Part shown: piece by piece, positions 8,336 through 18,887 of the stretch
How the letters are laid out: every line of letters starts with the position of its first letter
Position numbering within the stretch: position 1 is the stretch's first letter
Assembly (NCBI GenBank): GCA_964655275.1
Contig: CAZZMI010000004.1
Location: 1-55,013 of the forward strand
Source of the DNA: an uncultured Anaerolineae bacterium
GTDB lineage: Bacteria; Chloroflexota; Anaerolineae; SpSt-600
Length of the DNA stretch: 55,013 nucleotides
Reading direction: 5' to 3'
Position numbers and translations under genes: made by a program
Notes under the pieces: model-generated
The model's database searches: none
What the model was told of the DNA's origin: nothing
What the model saw: the letters and a program-made list of their open reading frames with translations, nothing else

Positions 8336-9676
8336 TTATGGGCAACGATGTTTATACTGGTCTGGCAGCAGGCAAGGAGGCGCTGCTTCCTCCGGAGCGA
8401 ACTCGCGGATCAGCTCAACGAATCTGTATTCAGGATCAGTAACATTGGTCAGGCGGACATAGTAAAGCGGGTAGAGACAGACATGGTCATAAGGCCGGAT
8501 GATGTATTTGCCGTTGGGGCCATCGAAGGAGAAATTATCTTCGTAGACTTTAATGAGGGCATCGGCGCTGGCATCTCCATTTGTTCGCTTGAGGCCTTCT
8601 ACAACCATGATGGCAGCAGCCATCCCACCAGCGGTGAAGAGGTCAGGTGGAGTCCCATATTTTTCCTTATGGCGCTTCACAAGCCAATCGTTGACCGGGT
8701 TCTTGGGGAGGGTGTAATGGTAGACAATAATGCCAGTAGAGCCTATAGCACTAGCGTACCCGGCAGCCAGTGTCTGGTTATCGCCGATGCCGGTACCAAC
8801 GATCATCTTGTCAAATATGCCAAGTTCCTGCATCTGCTTGAAGAGTGGGACAAAGCCCGCACCAGCCCAGGTGATTATGAGCACTTCTGCCCCGGAGTCC
8901 AGCACTTGCTGAAGGTAAGGGGTGAAGTCGGTGGTATCAAAGGGGATGAATATAGCACCGCATCCCTGTGGGGTATCGTTGATGGGGAAGGTTCCGCCTC
9001 CTGCTTTGATCACAGCATAGAAGCCGCAGGCAGAGCCCCAACCAAAGGCATAGTCAGGAGCGATCTGGACAAAGGTTTTCCCGAGGCTCAATAGACCCTG
9101 GCCCATTACGATGGCATCTTGATAGTTGGTGCGGCTCGTGCGGAAGGTGTAGGGGTTGAAGTTCTTGCCAGTGATATCGGTGGCAGCGGCAGGTTCAGCA
9201 ATGAGGATAACTTTATATTCTTCAGCAATCTTCTGGACGGCCATTGTGACTCCAGAGCTGGGGGCACCTACCAGAATTTCAACCCCTTCAGCTTCAATGA
9301 GCTCGCGGGCTAAGCTGACACCCTTTTCCGGATCGCTGGAGGTATCTTTAATTATGACCTTGATGGGACGTCCTGCCACTTCCATTGTGCCATTAGTGGC
9401 GTATTCCAAGCCCAGCTCAAAACCGCGTTCCAGCATTGGCCCATATATGGCCAGTGGGCCGGAATCATCGGTCAAGAGACCAATTTTAAGGGGCTTGCCC
9501 GCAAACGGATACTTAGGAGCTGTCGGCGTGGGGCTGGGAGCGGGTGTAGGGGTTGGTGCAGGCGTCGGAGTAGGCGGCACCGGGGTTGGAGTAGGGGCCG
9601 GCTTGCAAGCGGCCAGCACCAGCGACAGCCCAGCAATGATGGTGGCACACAACCACAGGACATTTTTGTTCTTCAT
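8336..9676 (-). CDS. LIV-family ABC substrate-binding lipoprotein
   Basis: Lipobox LAAC, Pro/Thr linker, KIGLLTDDSGPLA, YTFRT, DYAFG; start MKNKNV at 9676 after AAGGAGG. Confidence 0.9.
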   Translation of the reverse strand: MKNKNVLWLCATIIAGLSLVLAACKPAPTPTPVPPTPTPAPTPTPAPSPTPTAPKYPFAGKPLKIGLLTDDSGPLAIYGPMLERGFELGLEYATNGTMEVAGRPIKVIIKDTSSDPEKGVSLARELIEAEGVEILVGAPSSGVTMAVQKIAEEYKVILIAEPAAATDITGKNFNPYTFRTSRTNYQDAIVMGQGLLSLGKTFVQIAPDYAFGWGSACGFYAVIKAGGGTFPINDTPQGCGAIFIPFDTTDFTPYLQQVLDSGAEVLIITWAGAGFVPLFKQMQELGIFDKMIVGTGIGDNQTLAAGYASAIGSTGIIVYHYTLPKNPVNDWLVKRHKEKYGTPPDLFTAGGMAAAIMVVEGLKRTNGDASADALIKVYEDNFSFDGPNGKYIIRPYDHVCLYPLYYVRLTNVTDPEYRFVELIREFAPEEAAPPCLLPDQYKHRCP

Positions 9677-9695
9677 GTTTCTCCTCCTTAAAAAT

Positions 9696-10499
9696 TTACT
9701 TTCTTTCGCGGTGCCGGGCAAGGAAGCCCAATATTATGGAGTTAAAAGCTCCCGCGCTTTCCCAACAGGTGGCATGCCCGGCTCCCGGGATCACATGGAG
9801 TTCTGCTCCAGGAATTCGTTTGGCAATTTCTTCGGCGTACCTCCTTCCTTTCAGAAGGTCATATTCCCCGACGATGACGCAGGTGGGGGCCCTTATTTCC
9901 TTCAGCTGTTCAGTAAGGTTGAGGGTCAAGAAGCACTCACACAGGCGTATGAAAGCTTCGTAGTCCAGCTGCGCATATCGTTCCAGTGCCTGAGCCATCA
10001 GGTCAGGATGCTCCTGAATAAAGCGGGCTGAGAAGTTCCAGGGGACAGTGACACTGAAGAAAGCCCTGGGGTCTCTTGTCCGAGCTGTGGCTATCCACCC
10101 TTCCACTATCGTGCGAAGCCAGGGATCTACATGGCTTACTGAATCGGCCACGATCAAGCTCAGGGTTTTCTCCGGATAACGGAGAGCGAAGGTCATGCTG
10201 ATCTCACCCCCGTAGGAGATGCCACCGATGTGGGCTCTTTCAATCCCAAGGGCATCCATTAATCCGGCCAGATCATCAGCATGCTGCTCCATAGAATAAG
10301 GACCGGGAGGATGGTCGGATTGCCACATTCCCCGGCAATCGTAGAGGAGCAGATGGTAGTGCCTGGCCAGTTCGCGGGTTTGGAATACCCAGCTGGCAGT
10401 ACTCATCAGTATCCCGTTGGAAAGCACCAGGGTTTCGGCCTCTTTCGGGCCGTGTAGCTCATAATAGAGGTTTACACCGTTAACCTTTACCTTGGGCAT
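9696..10499 (-). CDS. Alpha/beta hydrolase (PcaD/enol-lactonase-like)
   Basis: YDCRG, nucleophile GISYGG, C-terminal GAGH. Confidence 0.85.
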   Translation of the reverse strand: MPKVKVNGVNLYYELHGPKEAETLVLSNGILMSTASWVFQTRELARHYHLLLYDCRGMWQSDHPPGPYSMEQHADDLAGLMDALGIERAHIGGISYGGEISMTFALRYPEKTLSLIVADSVSHVDPWLRTIVEGWIATARTRDPRAFFSVTVPWNFSARFIQEHPDLMAQALERYAQLDYEAFIRLCECFLTLNLTEQLKEIRAPTCVIVGEYDLLKGRRYAEEIAKRIPGAELHVIPGAGHATCWESAGAFNSIILGFLARHRERK

Positions 10500-11377
10500 C
10501 AAGCCTCCCTTCCTCTGACGTCCCGCACGAGAACCAGGGCTTCTCCGTCACAGACGAGCTTGCCATCCTTCTTTATGCAAGTGGTGCGCAGGTTAATGAG
10601 CTCCTTTTCTGGCCGTAAACGAACTATTTCTACTCTGGCAGCGAGCTCTTCGCCGGGATAGACAGGCTCCAGGAATAGGAGGCGCTGTTTGAGGTAATTG
10701 GTTCCCCAGCCGGGGAGATGTGCTCCCAAAAGGCATGAGAAAAGCGCTTCAAGAAGCGGAGCAGGAATAGGGGGCTGGTTAAGCCCCAGCCTGGAAGCCA
10801 GTTTGGGATCCATGTAAATGGGGTTAGCATCGCCGGTAAGTTCAATGTATTCTCGTACATCTTCAAAAGTAAAAGTGCGTTGCAAAGAGGCGCTTTCACC
10901 TAACCGAAACCCCTTAAAGGTGTAACCTTCACTCGGAAGGGGTGGAGGTAATTCAACCTTTGCTCTGGGCCACCCTTCCGAGGGGCCAAATTGGACCAGG
11001 GCCAGCCCCTGGCATCCAATTTCTCCGTTCGGCCGGAGGACAAGGGTTGAAAGTTCAGCGTGGCCCTTTTCCGCATCTATGCCGGTGATTTCTACCTGCA
11101 CTGTTATTTCTTCCCCAGCATATGTAGGGGTCGGGAACATGAGCTCCTGGTAAAGAATTACTGTTCCCGGCCCCGGTAGTTGAGTTCCCAATACGGAGGA
11201 AATCAATCCGAAGAGGAAAGCTCCGTGGGCTACGGGTTTCCCGAACTTTGTTTGAGAAGCGAAGGATGGATCTGTATGAATAGGGTTATTATCACCACTC
11301 AGGAGGGCGAAGTGGTTAAAGTCCTCCTGTTCAAGCCTTCGGCGGATTAAAGCTTTCTTCCCGATTTCCAATTTCAT
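10499..11377 (-). CDS. Double MaoC/hotdog (R)-specific enoyl-CoA hydratase-like protein
   Basis: SGDNNPIHTD...AHG hydratase motif in domain 1; degenerate TGDANPIYMD in domain 2. Confidence 0.85.
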   Translation of the reverse strand: MKLEIGKKALIRRRLEQEDFNHFALLSGDNNPIHTDPSFASQTKFGKPVAHGAFLFGLISSVLGTQLPGPGTVILYQELMFPTPTYAGEEITVQVEITGIDAEKGHAELSTLVLRPNGEIGCQGLALVQFGPSEGWPRAKVELPPPLPSEGYTFKGFRLGESASLQRTFTFEDVREYIELTGDANPIYMDPKLASRLGLNQPPIPAPLLEALFSCLLGAHLPGWGTNYLKQRLLFLEPVYPGEELAARVEIVRLRPEKELINLRTTCIKKDGKLVCDGEALVLVRDVRGREA

Positions 11378-12897
11378 GTTGCACCGAACCTTTTACGAAG
11401 CTCCGTTTTCAGGACCTTGCCTGCGGGATTGCGAGGTAGTTTGTCCACAAAGACCACATATTTGGGGACCTTGTAGCGGGCAATTTTCCCTTCACAGAAC
11501 CGGATGACTTCTTCTTCGGTAAGGGTGTAGCCGGGTTTAACCACAACTATGGCTTTCCCCACTTCACCCCATTTAGGGTCAGGCACGCCGATGACGGCTA
11601 CTTCTGCTATTTGCTCCATCTGGTAAAGGACGTTCTCCACTTCAGCCGGGTAAACGTTTTCCCCGCCGGAAATATACATGTCTTTTAGCCGGTCCACGAT
11701 ATAGTAGTATCCATCCTCATCCACCCTGGCCAGGTCTCCGGAGTGAAGCCACCCATCGGTAAAGGACTCAGCGGTTGTTTCCGGCTGTTGCCAGTATCCA
11801 GGAGTAACCCCAGGGCCTTTTATCCACAGTTCGCCCACCTCTCCCGGTGGCACATCCCGCCCTTCCCGGTCTACGATGCGCACTGCCACGTGCATCTGGG
11901 GTTTGCCCACCGAGCCCGCTTTGGATATGGCATGCTCTTTATCAATCAAGAAGACGGTAGGGCCTGTTTCAGTCATGCCGAAGCCTTGTTGGATAATGAT
12001 GCCCCTTTCTGCATACCAATGTAATAAATGGACAGGCATTGGAGCACCACCGCAGGCCCAGGAGCGGACACGGGAAAGGTCATACTTATCAAAATCTGGA
12101 TGCTGGCTCATGAAGAGATACATTGCAGGCACGCCAAAAAAGGCCGTAGCCTCTTCCGAGAGAAGGCGAAGGGTCTCGGCCGGGTCAAAAGAACGCTGGA
12201 TTATGGCAGTCCCACCCACGTGGAAAGTAGGGTTAGCATAGAGGTTAAGGCCACCGGTGTGGAAAGTGGGGAGGACATTGAGGGTCACGTCTTCCGATGT
12301 CAAATCAATGGCGATGCCGATATTGACGGCATTGTAGAAGACCATCCCGAAGGTCTGAATTACTCCTTTAGGGCGCCCTGTTGTGCCGGCAGTATACAAT
12401 AAATGCCAAACATCGTTCAATGAGCGAGGAGGCATAACGATCGGCTGCCCGCTGGCCTGGGCCAGGGCTTTTTCATAAGCCCACTCACCCTCAGGAGCTT
12501 TCTCCCCAAGTGCCATGAGCAATGTGGCTGTCGTGTGCTCTTTTAAGTAATGGGCAGCCTCGGAGAAATCGGGATCGTATATAAGGGCACGGGGGGATGC
12601 ATCGTTAACGATAAGCTCCAGCTCCGGCAGAGCCAGCCGCCAGTTGAGGCAAACCAATATCGCTCCTACCTTAGCGCAACCGTAGAGGATTTCAAAATAA
12701 TCGGAAGAATTGCAGGCCAAGATAGCTACCCGTTCTCCTTCCCTGATTTTCCATTCATCCCGGAGGAATTCGGCGAAGCGGCTAGCTCGTTCGTTAAACT
12801 GGGCGTAAGTCCACCGGCGGCCCGTAGCTACATCTATAAGGGCGACCTTATTGGGTGAGAGTTCCGCTCGCTTGGCTAACCAGTCAAAGGTGTACAT
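11374..12897 (-). CDS. Acyl-CoA synthetase (AMP-forming, fatty acid--CoA ligase family)
   Basis: YTAGTTGRPKG, GFGMTE, SGDL, SGGENVYPAEVE, GKVLK. Confidence 0.92.
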   Translation of the reverse strand: MYTFDWLAKRAELSPNKVALIDVATGRRWTYAQFNERASRFAEFLRDEWKIREGERVAILACNSSDYFEILYGCAKVGAILVCLNWRLALPELELIVNDASPRALIYDPDFSEAAHYLKEHTTATLLMALGEKAPEGEWAYEKALAQASGQPIVMPPRSLNDVWHLLYTAGTTGRPKGVIQTFGMVFYNAVNIGIAIDLTSEDVTLNVLPTFHTGGLNLYANPTFHVGGTAIIQRSFDPAETLRLLSEEATAFFGVPAMYLFMSQHPDFDKYDLSRVRSWACGGAPMPVHLLHWYAERGIIIQQGFGMTETGPTVFLIDKEHAISKAGSVGKPQMHVAVRIVDREGRDVPPGEVGELWIKGPGVTPGYWQQPETTAESFTDGWLHSGDLARVDEDGYYYIVDRLKDMYISGGENVYPAEVENVLYQMEQIAEVAVIGVPDPKWGEVGKAIVVVKPGYTLTEEEVIRFCEGKIARYKVPKYVVFVDKLPRNPAGKVLKTELRKRFGAT

Positions 12898-13944
12898 CTA
12901 TCCTCCCTTTACTAAGAACTCGTGGAAGGCAGCGTTGAATTCCTCAGGCTTTTCTATAAAGGGGGTATGGCCGCAATCAGGTATGACTACTTCCCGGTAG
13001 TAGCCTCCGTTGGCTTTGTAGCGCTCCAGCACTGCCCGAATTTGGTCCAGCATTGGCTGAGGAGGGCATTCTGCGGGACCTGGCCATCCGGGGACAAACC
13101 CTAATGCACCCAGGGTAGCTATGTCCCACATTGCGTTGTTGGAGACCACAAGGTCATCGGCCCCCCGGATCCAGAGTATGGGGGGTTTCGGGTTGATCTC
13201 AGCTATGCCGCTGGCGTCAAAATACTTTCGACTGATGGCGTTTATTATGCCTCGCTTTCCTGGAGCGACCCCCGGCCAATTAGGAGAGGGGACAAAGTCG
13301 CCTGGGTACCAATCTTCACCAACCCTCATTGAAAGCAAAGCGGTGAGAAGGTCCTCCTCCCGCTTTGGGATGAAAGGAGGTTTAAAGTAAAATTGGCGCA
13401 ATACATTGCGAGGGGAAAAGGGGCTATCGGTTCCTCTATCCTTTTCTTTCAGGAGCCGGATAAATTCAGGGTTTACGCTACCCGCCCCAGCTGGAGCGCC
13501 ATCCTCATAGCAGGGTGTTCCATTCACATCCTTGCTGCCGCTGTAACCGTAAGGGGACATAGTGTCCACAAGGGTTATGGATATCAGGCTATCGGGGTAA
13601 GCGATAGCATATTTCATAGCAATGCCGCCACCCATTGAGTGGCCAACGATGTGGAACTTCTCCAGCCCCATTGTTTCTACCAGGGAGCGAAGGTCTTCCA
13701 CCATATCGCTCAGCCCCAGAGTGGCATCTATCGGCAGAGGTTCCGTCTCCCCATACCCGCGCATATCAGGAGCTATGCCCCTAAAACCGGCCGGGAGGGA
13801 AAGCATCGTCTCCTCCCAGAAAGTGGAGGATGAACCATTACCGTGGATAAAAAGGACAGGGATACCATCTTCCGGCCCTGCCGTAAGTACATGCATCTTC
13901 AACCGGGGAGTTTGAATCATCTGTGAATTTATTCTACCGGTCAT
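12898..13944 (-). CDS. Alpha/beta hydrolase
   Basis: FIHGN oxyanion motif, GHSMGG nucleophile elbow, CGHTP. Confidence 0.88.
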   Translation of the reverse strand: MTGRINSQMIQTPRLKMHVLTAGPEDGIPVLFIHGNGSSSTFWEETMLSLPAGFRGIAPDMRGYGETEPLPIDATLGLSDMVEDLRSLVETMGLEKFHIVGHSMGGGIAMKYAIAYPDSLISITLVDTMSPYGYSGSKDVNGTPCYEDGAPAGAGSVNPEFIRLLKEKDRGTDSPFSPRNVLRQFYFKPPFIPKREEDLLTALLSMRVGEDWYPGDFVPSPNWPGVAPGKRGIINAISRKYFDASGIAEINPKPPILWIRGADDLVVSNNAMWDIATLGALGFVPGWPGPAECPPQPMLDQIRAVLERYKANGGYYREVVIPDCGHTPFIEKPEEFNAAFHEFLVKGG

Positions 13945-15503
13945 TTTGCCCCTCCTTCTCCTGCAAATTGTTTTCGCAATTCCCTTTTAAGGATTTTGCC
14001 CGCGGCTGAAATAGGAAGGCTATCCATAAAAACCACTCGTTTGGGGACTTTGTAACTGGCCAGGCGTTCTTTTAGGAAGGCTATAAGTTCTTCTTCGGTG
14101 GCTGTGGCTCCGGGCTTCAGGACGACGCAGGCTAATCCTACTTCTCCCCACTTCGGGTCTGGCACACCAATTACAGCACACATGTGCACTGCGGGGTGTT
14201 CATATAAGGCTTTTTCTATCTCCACGGGATAGACATTCTCGCCACCCGAGATAAACATGTCTTTCTTGCGATCCACTATGTAGAAATACCAATCCTCATC
14301 GTAGTAAGCGAGGTCGCCAGTATGGAACCAACCCTCTTCATCCAGCATTTGAGCAGTAGCTTCGGGATCGCCGAAATAGCCTGAGCACAGGGAGGGGCCT
14401 TTGAGCACCAGCTCCCCGATCTGGTTAGGGCCCAGAGGGCGGTTTTCATCATCAACGATGCGAGCATCTACGAAGAAGTTGGGGCGGCCTATGGAGCCGG
14501 CTTTGCGCACGGCATCTTCCGGAGCCAGGGCGAAAATCCCTGGCCCGAATTCAGTCATCCCAAAGCCTTGTTTGAAGCGAATTCCTTTCTCGCGGGTGTA
14601 TTTCTCTATCAGCGGGACCGGCAAGGGGGCTCCGCCACTGGTGCAGAACCGCAGGGAGGAAAGGTCTGCCTCTTCCCAGTTTGGAGCCTGGGTCATCATT
14701 TGATACATCGTGGGCACGGCGGCAAAAACTGTGACCTTTTCTTGTTCTATAAGCTTCAGGACCAGAGCGGGGTCAAACTGGCGGATTAAAATGGTGGTGC
14801 CACCCAATATAATCTGAGGCAAAGTGTAGACAAAGAGGCCACCGGTGTGAAACATGGGGAAGACGTTAAGGTAAACATCGTTGTGAGTAAGGTCATGGAT
14901 GACGGTATTTAAGGTGTTCCAGGCTATCATCCGGTGGGAAACCTGAGCAGCCTTGGGGAAACCGGTAGTGCCTCCGGTAAAGATCAAGGCAACGATGTCT
15001 TCAGCTTCTACTGATTCACATGTAACAGGGTCGGCAGGACTGCTCTGAAGCGTGGTTTCAAAATGGAGGCTTCCTTCCAGGCCTTCGCCTTCAATATGGA
15101 GGTAGTAACGGATCGCATATTCTGTATCTTTTATCGCTGCCTGGAGTTGGGCGACATTCCCCCGGAAGTCGTCGGAGTAAATAAGGACAGTGGGGGTGGT
15201 CTTGCGGATTATTTCCACCAGTTCCCGCCAGTGGAGGCGCCAGTTTAAGGCGGTATGGATAGCCCCCAGTTTAGAGCAGGCAAAGAAACAATCAAGATGT
15301 TCTACTCCATCCCGAGCCAGAATAGCTACTCTATCGCCTTTTTTAATTCCAGCTACGTTGCGAAGCCAGTTGGCAAAGCGGTTGGCCCGCTCATTCATCT
15401 GGCGGTAAGTGAGACGCCATGGGGGTTGCTTGCCGTAATCTATTATGGCTAATTTGTCCGGACTGTAAATAGCCCTCCGCCCAAGGTAATCGCCCACATA
15501 CAT
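13941..15503 (-). CDS. Acyl-CoA synthetase (AMP-forming)
   Basis: FTGGTTGFPK, GFGMTE, TGDL, SGGENVYP, GKILK. Confidence 0.92.
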   Translation of the reverse strand: MYVGDYLGRRAIYSPDKLAIIDYGKQPPWRLTYRQMNERANRFANWLRNVAGIKKGDRVAILARDGVEHLDCFFACSKLGAIHTALNWRLHWRELVEIIRKTTPTVLIYSDDFRGNVAQLQAAIKDTEYAIRYYLHIEGEGLEGSLHFETTLQSSPADPVTCESVEAEDIVALIFTGGTTGFPKAAQVSHRMIAWNTLNTVIHDLTHNDVYLNVFPMFHTGGLFVYTLPQIILGGTTILIRQFDPALVLKLIEQEKVTVFAAVPTMYQMMTQAPNWEEADLSSLRFCTSGGAPLPVPLIEKYTREKGIRFKQGFGMTEFGPGIFALAPEDAVRKAGSIGRPNFFVDARIVDDENRPLGPNQIGELVLKGPSLCSGYFGDPEATAQMLDEEGWFHTGDLAYYDEDWYFYIVDRKKDMFISGGENVYPVEIEKALYEHPAVHMCAVIGVPDPKWGEVGLACVVLKPGATATEEELIAFLKERLASYKVPKRVVFMDSLPISAAGKILKRELRKQFAGEGGAK

Positions 15504-15521
15504 GCTATAAACCTCCCGGCA

Positions 15522-16514
15522 TTATACCCAGCGCCAGACAGAGGCAGCCATGGTTATGCCACCACCACTGGTGCAGAAGACAATAATGTCTCCATGCTTG
15601 GGCCCTCTCCCCTGGTTGATCAGATCGTCCAGCGCCATTGCTACGCAGGGTGAGCCTGTGTAACCCCATTTGTCCATTATCCAATGGGTTTTCTCCATCG
15701 GCTGGCCCAATATCTGCATCATGAGTTCTATAGTGCGAAGGTTAAGCTGGGTGAAGAGGAAAAGGTCCACATCTTCTACCTTAAGGTTTGCTTTTTCAAG
15801 GGCCTTCTGAATTAACCAGGGCCAGTATTCGGTGTTAAAGGTGCGGGGGAATTTCTTAACGAATTGGACCCGTGGTGGGCCATACTTTTCCAGGTTTTCC
15901 GGGGTGCAGGGCCGAAAAGCTCCACCGGTGTAAATTCCCAGGGCATCGTGGTATTCCCCTTTGGCTAAAAACTGGCTTGCCAGGAAACCTGGTTCCTCGC
16001 TGGGCCCCAGCACTACAGCTCCGGCGCCGTCAGCAAAGATGTTGGCGGTCTTTTTGTCTTTTAGGTCCAGAAAACGGCTCATCCCGTAACCCCCGGCTAC
16101 CAGGATGTAGCGGATTGAGGGCTCAGTCATAATGTATCGTGCTCCCTGGTCCAGAGCTGTTACCCAGCCAGCACAGGCACTGTTTACATCCCAGCACCCG
16201 GCGTTGATTGCTCCCAGTTTGTATTGCACCACTGCCGAGGTAGAAGGAGAAATGTAATCCGGTGTATCAGTGGAAACGATGATGAGGTCCAGATCTTCTG
16301 GACGGATGTCAGCTCGTTCCAGAGCTCTTTTAGAGGCTTCCACCACCAAATCAGAAGTAGTCTGGTCAGGGGTCATCCAGTGGCGCTGGCGGATGCCCAC
16401 GTTTTCTATTAGCCAATCGCTGGTCTTTTCGCCCAGTATTTCGTCTATCTCTTCGTTGGTTACGATCCTCTCAGGGACATAGCTTCCCGTAGAAATGATA
16501 CGAGCATGGCGCAT
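15522..16514 (-). CDS. 3-oxoacyl-ACP synthase III (FabH)-like protein with altered catalytic triad
   Basis: GIRQRH, DVNSACAGW catalytic Cys, FADGAGAVVL; HQAN replaced by TQLN and GNT replaced by GYT. Confidence 0.85.
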   Translation of the reverse strand: MRHARIISTGSYVPERIVTNEEIDEILGEKTSDWLIENVGIRQRHWMTPDQTTSDLVVEASKRALERADIRPEDLDLIIVSTDTPDYISPSTSAVVQYKLGAINAGCWDVNSACAGWVTALDQGARYIMTEPSIRYILVAGGYGMSRFLDLKDKKTANIFADGAGAVVLGPSEEPGFLASQFLAKGEYHDALGIYTGGAFRPCTPENLEKYGPPRVQFVKKFPRTFNTEYWPWLIQKALEKANLKVEDVDLFLFTQLNLRTIELMMQILGQPMEKTHWIMDKWGYTGSPCVAMALDDLINQGRGPKHGDIIVFCTSGGGITMAASVWRWV

Positions 16515-16525
16515 TATCCAACCCC

Positions 16526-17323
16526 CTATTTTTCAGGTTTCAGGAATTCCAGCAGGGCTTCAACTGTAGCTTGTGGGTCTTCTATTGGGAAAATATGACC
16601 AACGTTAGGCAGGATTTTCACGCGCGCATTTGGAAGCTTGCGGGCTAAAAGTTCAGCATTGCCAGGGGGAACTACCTTGTCATGCTCACCAAAAAGGATA
16701 AGTACAGGACAAGTTATTTGAGAGATGCGGTCTTCAGCGTTGTGGGTGGCACCGGCCATTACCTGAGCTTGATACTGTGCCGGTGGAACTGGATTGGTTA
16801 AGCGGTATTCCAGTAACTCTTTTACTACCTCCGGATGGCGCTCGGCAAAACCAGGAGCACAGGCTACTTTTATTCCTCGGTGGACTAACTCCACCGGATC
16901 TCCATCACGCTTGGTGAGAACTTCAAGGGCTTCCGGAGTAATGGGAATGACGTTTGGGCCTCCGTAGGTGGTGGAAGCCAGAATTAGTTTTTCTACAAGG
17001 TCAGGCCTGGCTAAGGTTAACTCTTCAGCAATGAATCCCCCAAGAGAGTGCCCCATTACGTAAGCTTTGCGGATACCAAGGCCATCCAGAAGGCCGGCAG
17101 TGTCAGCGGCCATCATCTTTGTGGTGTAAGGGCCTGGGGGTTTATCGCTTTCTCCTGCTCCTCGGTTATCAAAAGTAATAACCTGGAAATGTTGAGCAAG
17201 GTCCGGCACAATCTTGTGCCAGAACCAACGCCCATAACCGACTCCGGTTATAAGCACCAGGGGATGACCAGAGCCGGTCACCTCGTAGGCGATTTCTATA
17301 TCGTTAACTTTCATCCTGGGCAT
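16526..17323 (-). CDS. Alpha/beta hydrolase
   Basis: FDNRGAGES, GHSLGG, GEHDKVVP, VGH. Confidence 0.88.
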   Translation of the reverse strand: MPRMKVNDIEIAYEVTGSGHPLVLITGVGYGRWFWHKIVPDLAQHFQVITFDNRGAGESDKPPGPYTTKMMAADTAGLLDGLGIRKAYVMGHSLGGFIAEELTLARPDLVEKLILASTTYGGPNVIPITPEALEVLTKRDGDPVELVHRGIKVACAPGFAERHPEVVKELLEYRLTNPVPPAQYQAQVMAGATHNAEDRISQITCPVLILFGEHDKVVPPGNAELLARKLPNARVKILPNVGHIFPIEDPQATVEALLEFLKPEK

Positions 17324-17349
17324 TGAGACCTCCTTGTCTTTATGCTCAT

Positions 17350-18876
17350 CTATGAGCCGTATTCTTTTCTGAGGCGTTCTTTATCTACCTTGCCTGCCCC
17401 CGTCTTGGGTAGTGAATCCACAAAGATAATGGATTTGGGCACTTTGTAGCCCGCCAATCGTTCCCGGCAGAAAGCTATCAGCTCTTCTTCCGTGACAGAA
17501 AAACCGGGACGTAGAGCTATAATAGCTCTGCCCACTTCCCCCCACTTCGGGTCGGGAACTCCTATAACGGCAGCTTCAGCTACAGCGGGGTGAGCATGGA
17601 GCACGCTTTCAATTTCAGCGGGGTAAACGTTTTCACCTCCAGATATGAACATGTCTTTAATTCGGCCCACTATGTAATAGTAACCTTCCGCATCACGTTT
17701 GGCCAGATCCCCGGTGTGGAGCCAACCATCCCGGAAAGTCTGAGCTGTGGCTTCAGGATTGTTCCAGTAACCGGCGCATAGGTGAGGTCCCCGGATGATG
17801 AGTTCTCCAACCTCTTCAGGGCCGCATTCAGTCCCATCTTCTCGGACGATTTTAACATCAATGTGGAAGAGTGGGAAACCTACAGAGCCAGGCTTGCGAC
17901 GGACATCCTCCGGAGGTAGCCAGAAAGTGTTAGGGCCGGCTTCAGTAAGACCATAACCGGTTTTGAAATTGACGCCTCGCTCCCAAAACTTCTCAAAAAC
18001 CGGCATTGGACAGGGAGCTCCCCCACTTATTACAATTTTCAAGCGGGAGAAGTCAGCTTCTTGCCAGCGAGGATGCTGCTGGAGCATTATGAACATTGTT
18101 GGAACGCCGAAAAACACTGTCACTCCCGCATCCCGTATTAGATCAAAGACCTGGTCAGGGTCAAAGCCCTTGCACACGATGCTGGTGCCACCGATGTAGA
18201 CCAGGGGAGCAGTAAAAACATTTAGACCACCGGTGTGAAAGAGAGGGGCATTGAGGATGGCAACATCATCGGGAGTAAGCCCCCAGGATATGACGGTATT
18301 CACAGCATTAGCGGTAATGGAACGATGGGTTAATACAGCACCCTTCGGGAAGCCGGTGGTCCCGCCAGTATAACAGATGACCCAGGGATCATTCCAATCC
18401 AGATCTATTTCCGGCAGAGGGTGATCAGGGAAAGATTCCCGCTCAGAGAAAGATATGTCATCAGGGTTTGCCTTTTCCCCCAGGGCCACGTAATGGCGCA
18501 ATTCGGGGATCTTGCCACGGAGGGCGTTGACCTGAGAGATAAATTCACTCCCGTAAACCAGAGCCACGGGCCTGCCATCGGCCAGGAGGCCTTCCAGCTC
18601 GTAAGGGGTAAGGCGCCAGTTTAAGGCCTGCATAATCCCGCCGATGCGGCCCAAGGCAAACCAGAGATCCAAATATTCCACACAATTTTGAGCCAGGATA
18701 GCCACCCGGTCGCCTTTGCAAACTCCAAGGCTTTCCTGCAGGAAGCGAGCGGTGCGGTTGACCATCCGGCTCCACTCTTTATAAGTTATTGGTCGGTTGC
18801 CGTTGAGAGTATCTATCAAAGCAACTTTGTTGGGGGTAAGTAGCTCCCGGCGTCCGAGCCAATCACCGACTATCAT
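17350..18876 (-). CDS. Acyl-CoA synthetase (AMP-forming)
   Basis: YTGGTTGFPKG, GYGLTE, TGDL, SGGENVYPAEIE, GKVDK. Confidence 0.92.
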   Translation of the reverse strand: MIVGDWLGRRELLTPNKVALIDTLNGNRPITYKEWSRMVNRTARFLQESLGVCKGDRVAILAQNCVEYLDLWFALGRIGGIMQALNWRLTPYELEGLLADGRPVALVYGSEFISQVNALRGKIPELRHYVALGEKANPDDISFSERESFPDHPLPEIDLDWNDPWVICYTGGTTGFPKGAVLTHRSITANAVNTVISWGLTPDDVAILNAPLFHTGGLNVFTAPLVYIGGTSIVCKGFDPDQVFDLIRDAGVTVFFGVPTMFIMLQQHPRWQEADFSRLKIVISGGAPCPMPVFEKFWERGVNFKTGYGLTEAGPNTFWLPPEDVRRKPGSVGFPLFHIDVKIVREDGTECGPEEVGELIIRGPHLCAGYWNNPEATAQTFRDGWLHTGDLAKRDAEGYYYIVGRIKDMFISGGENVYPAEIESVLHAHPAVAEAAVIGVPDPKWGEVGRAIIALRPGFSVTEEELIAFCRERLAGYKVPKSIIFVDSLPKTGAGKVDKERLRKEYGS

Positions 18877-18887
18877 TTTCCTCTCCT

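Noticed and set aside
9520-9605. Low-complexity repeat resembling a tandem repeat or CRISPR
   Set aside because: It encodes the Pro/Thr linker of the lipoprotein; no identical repeats with unique spacers were seen anywhere in the window.
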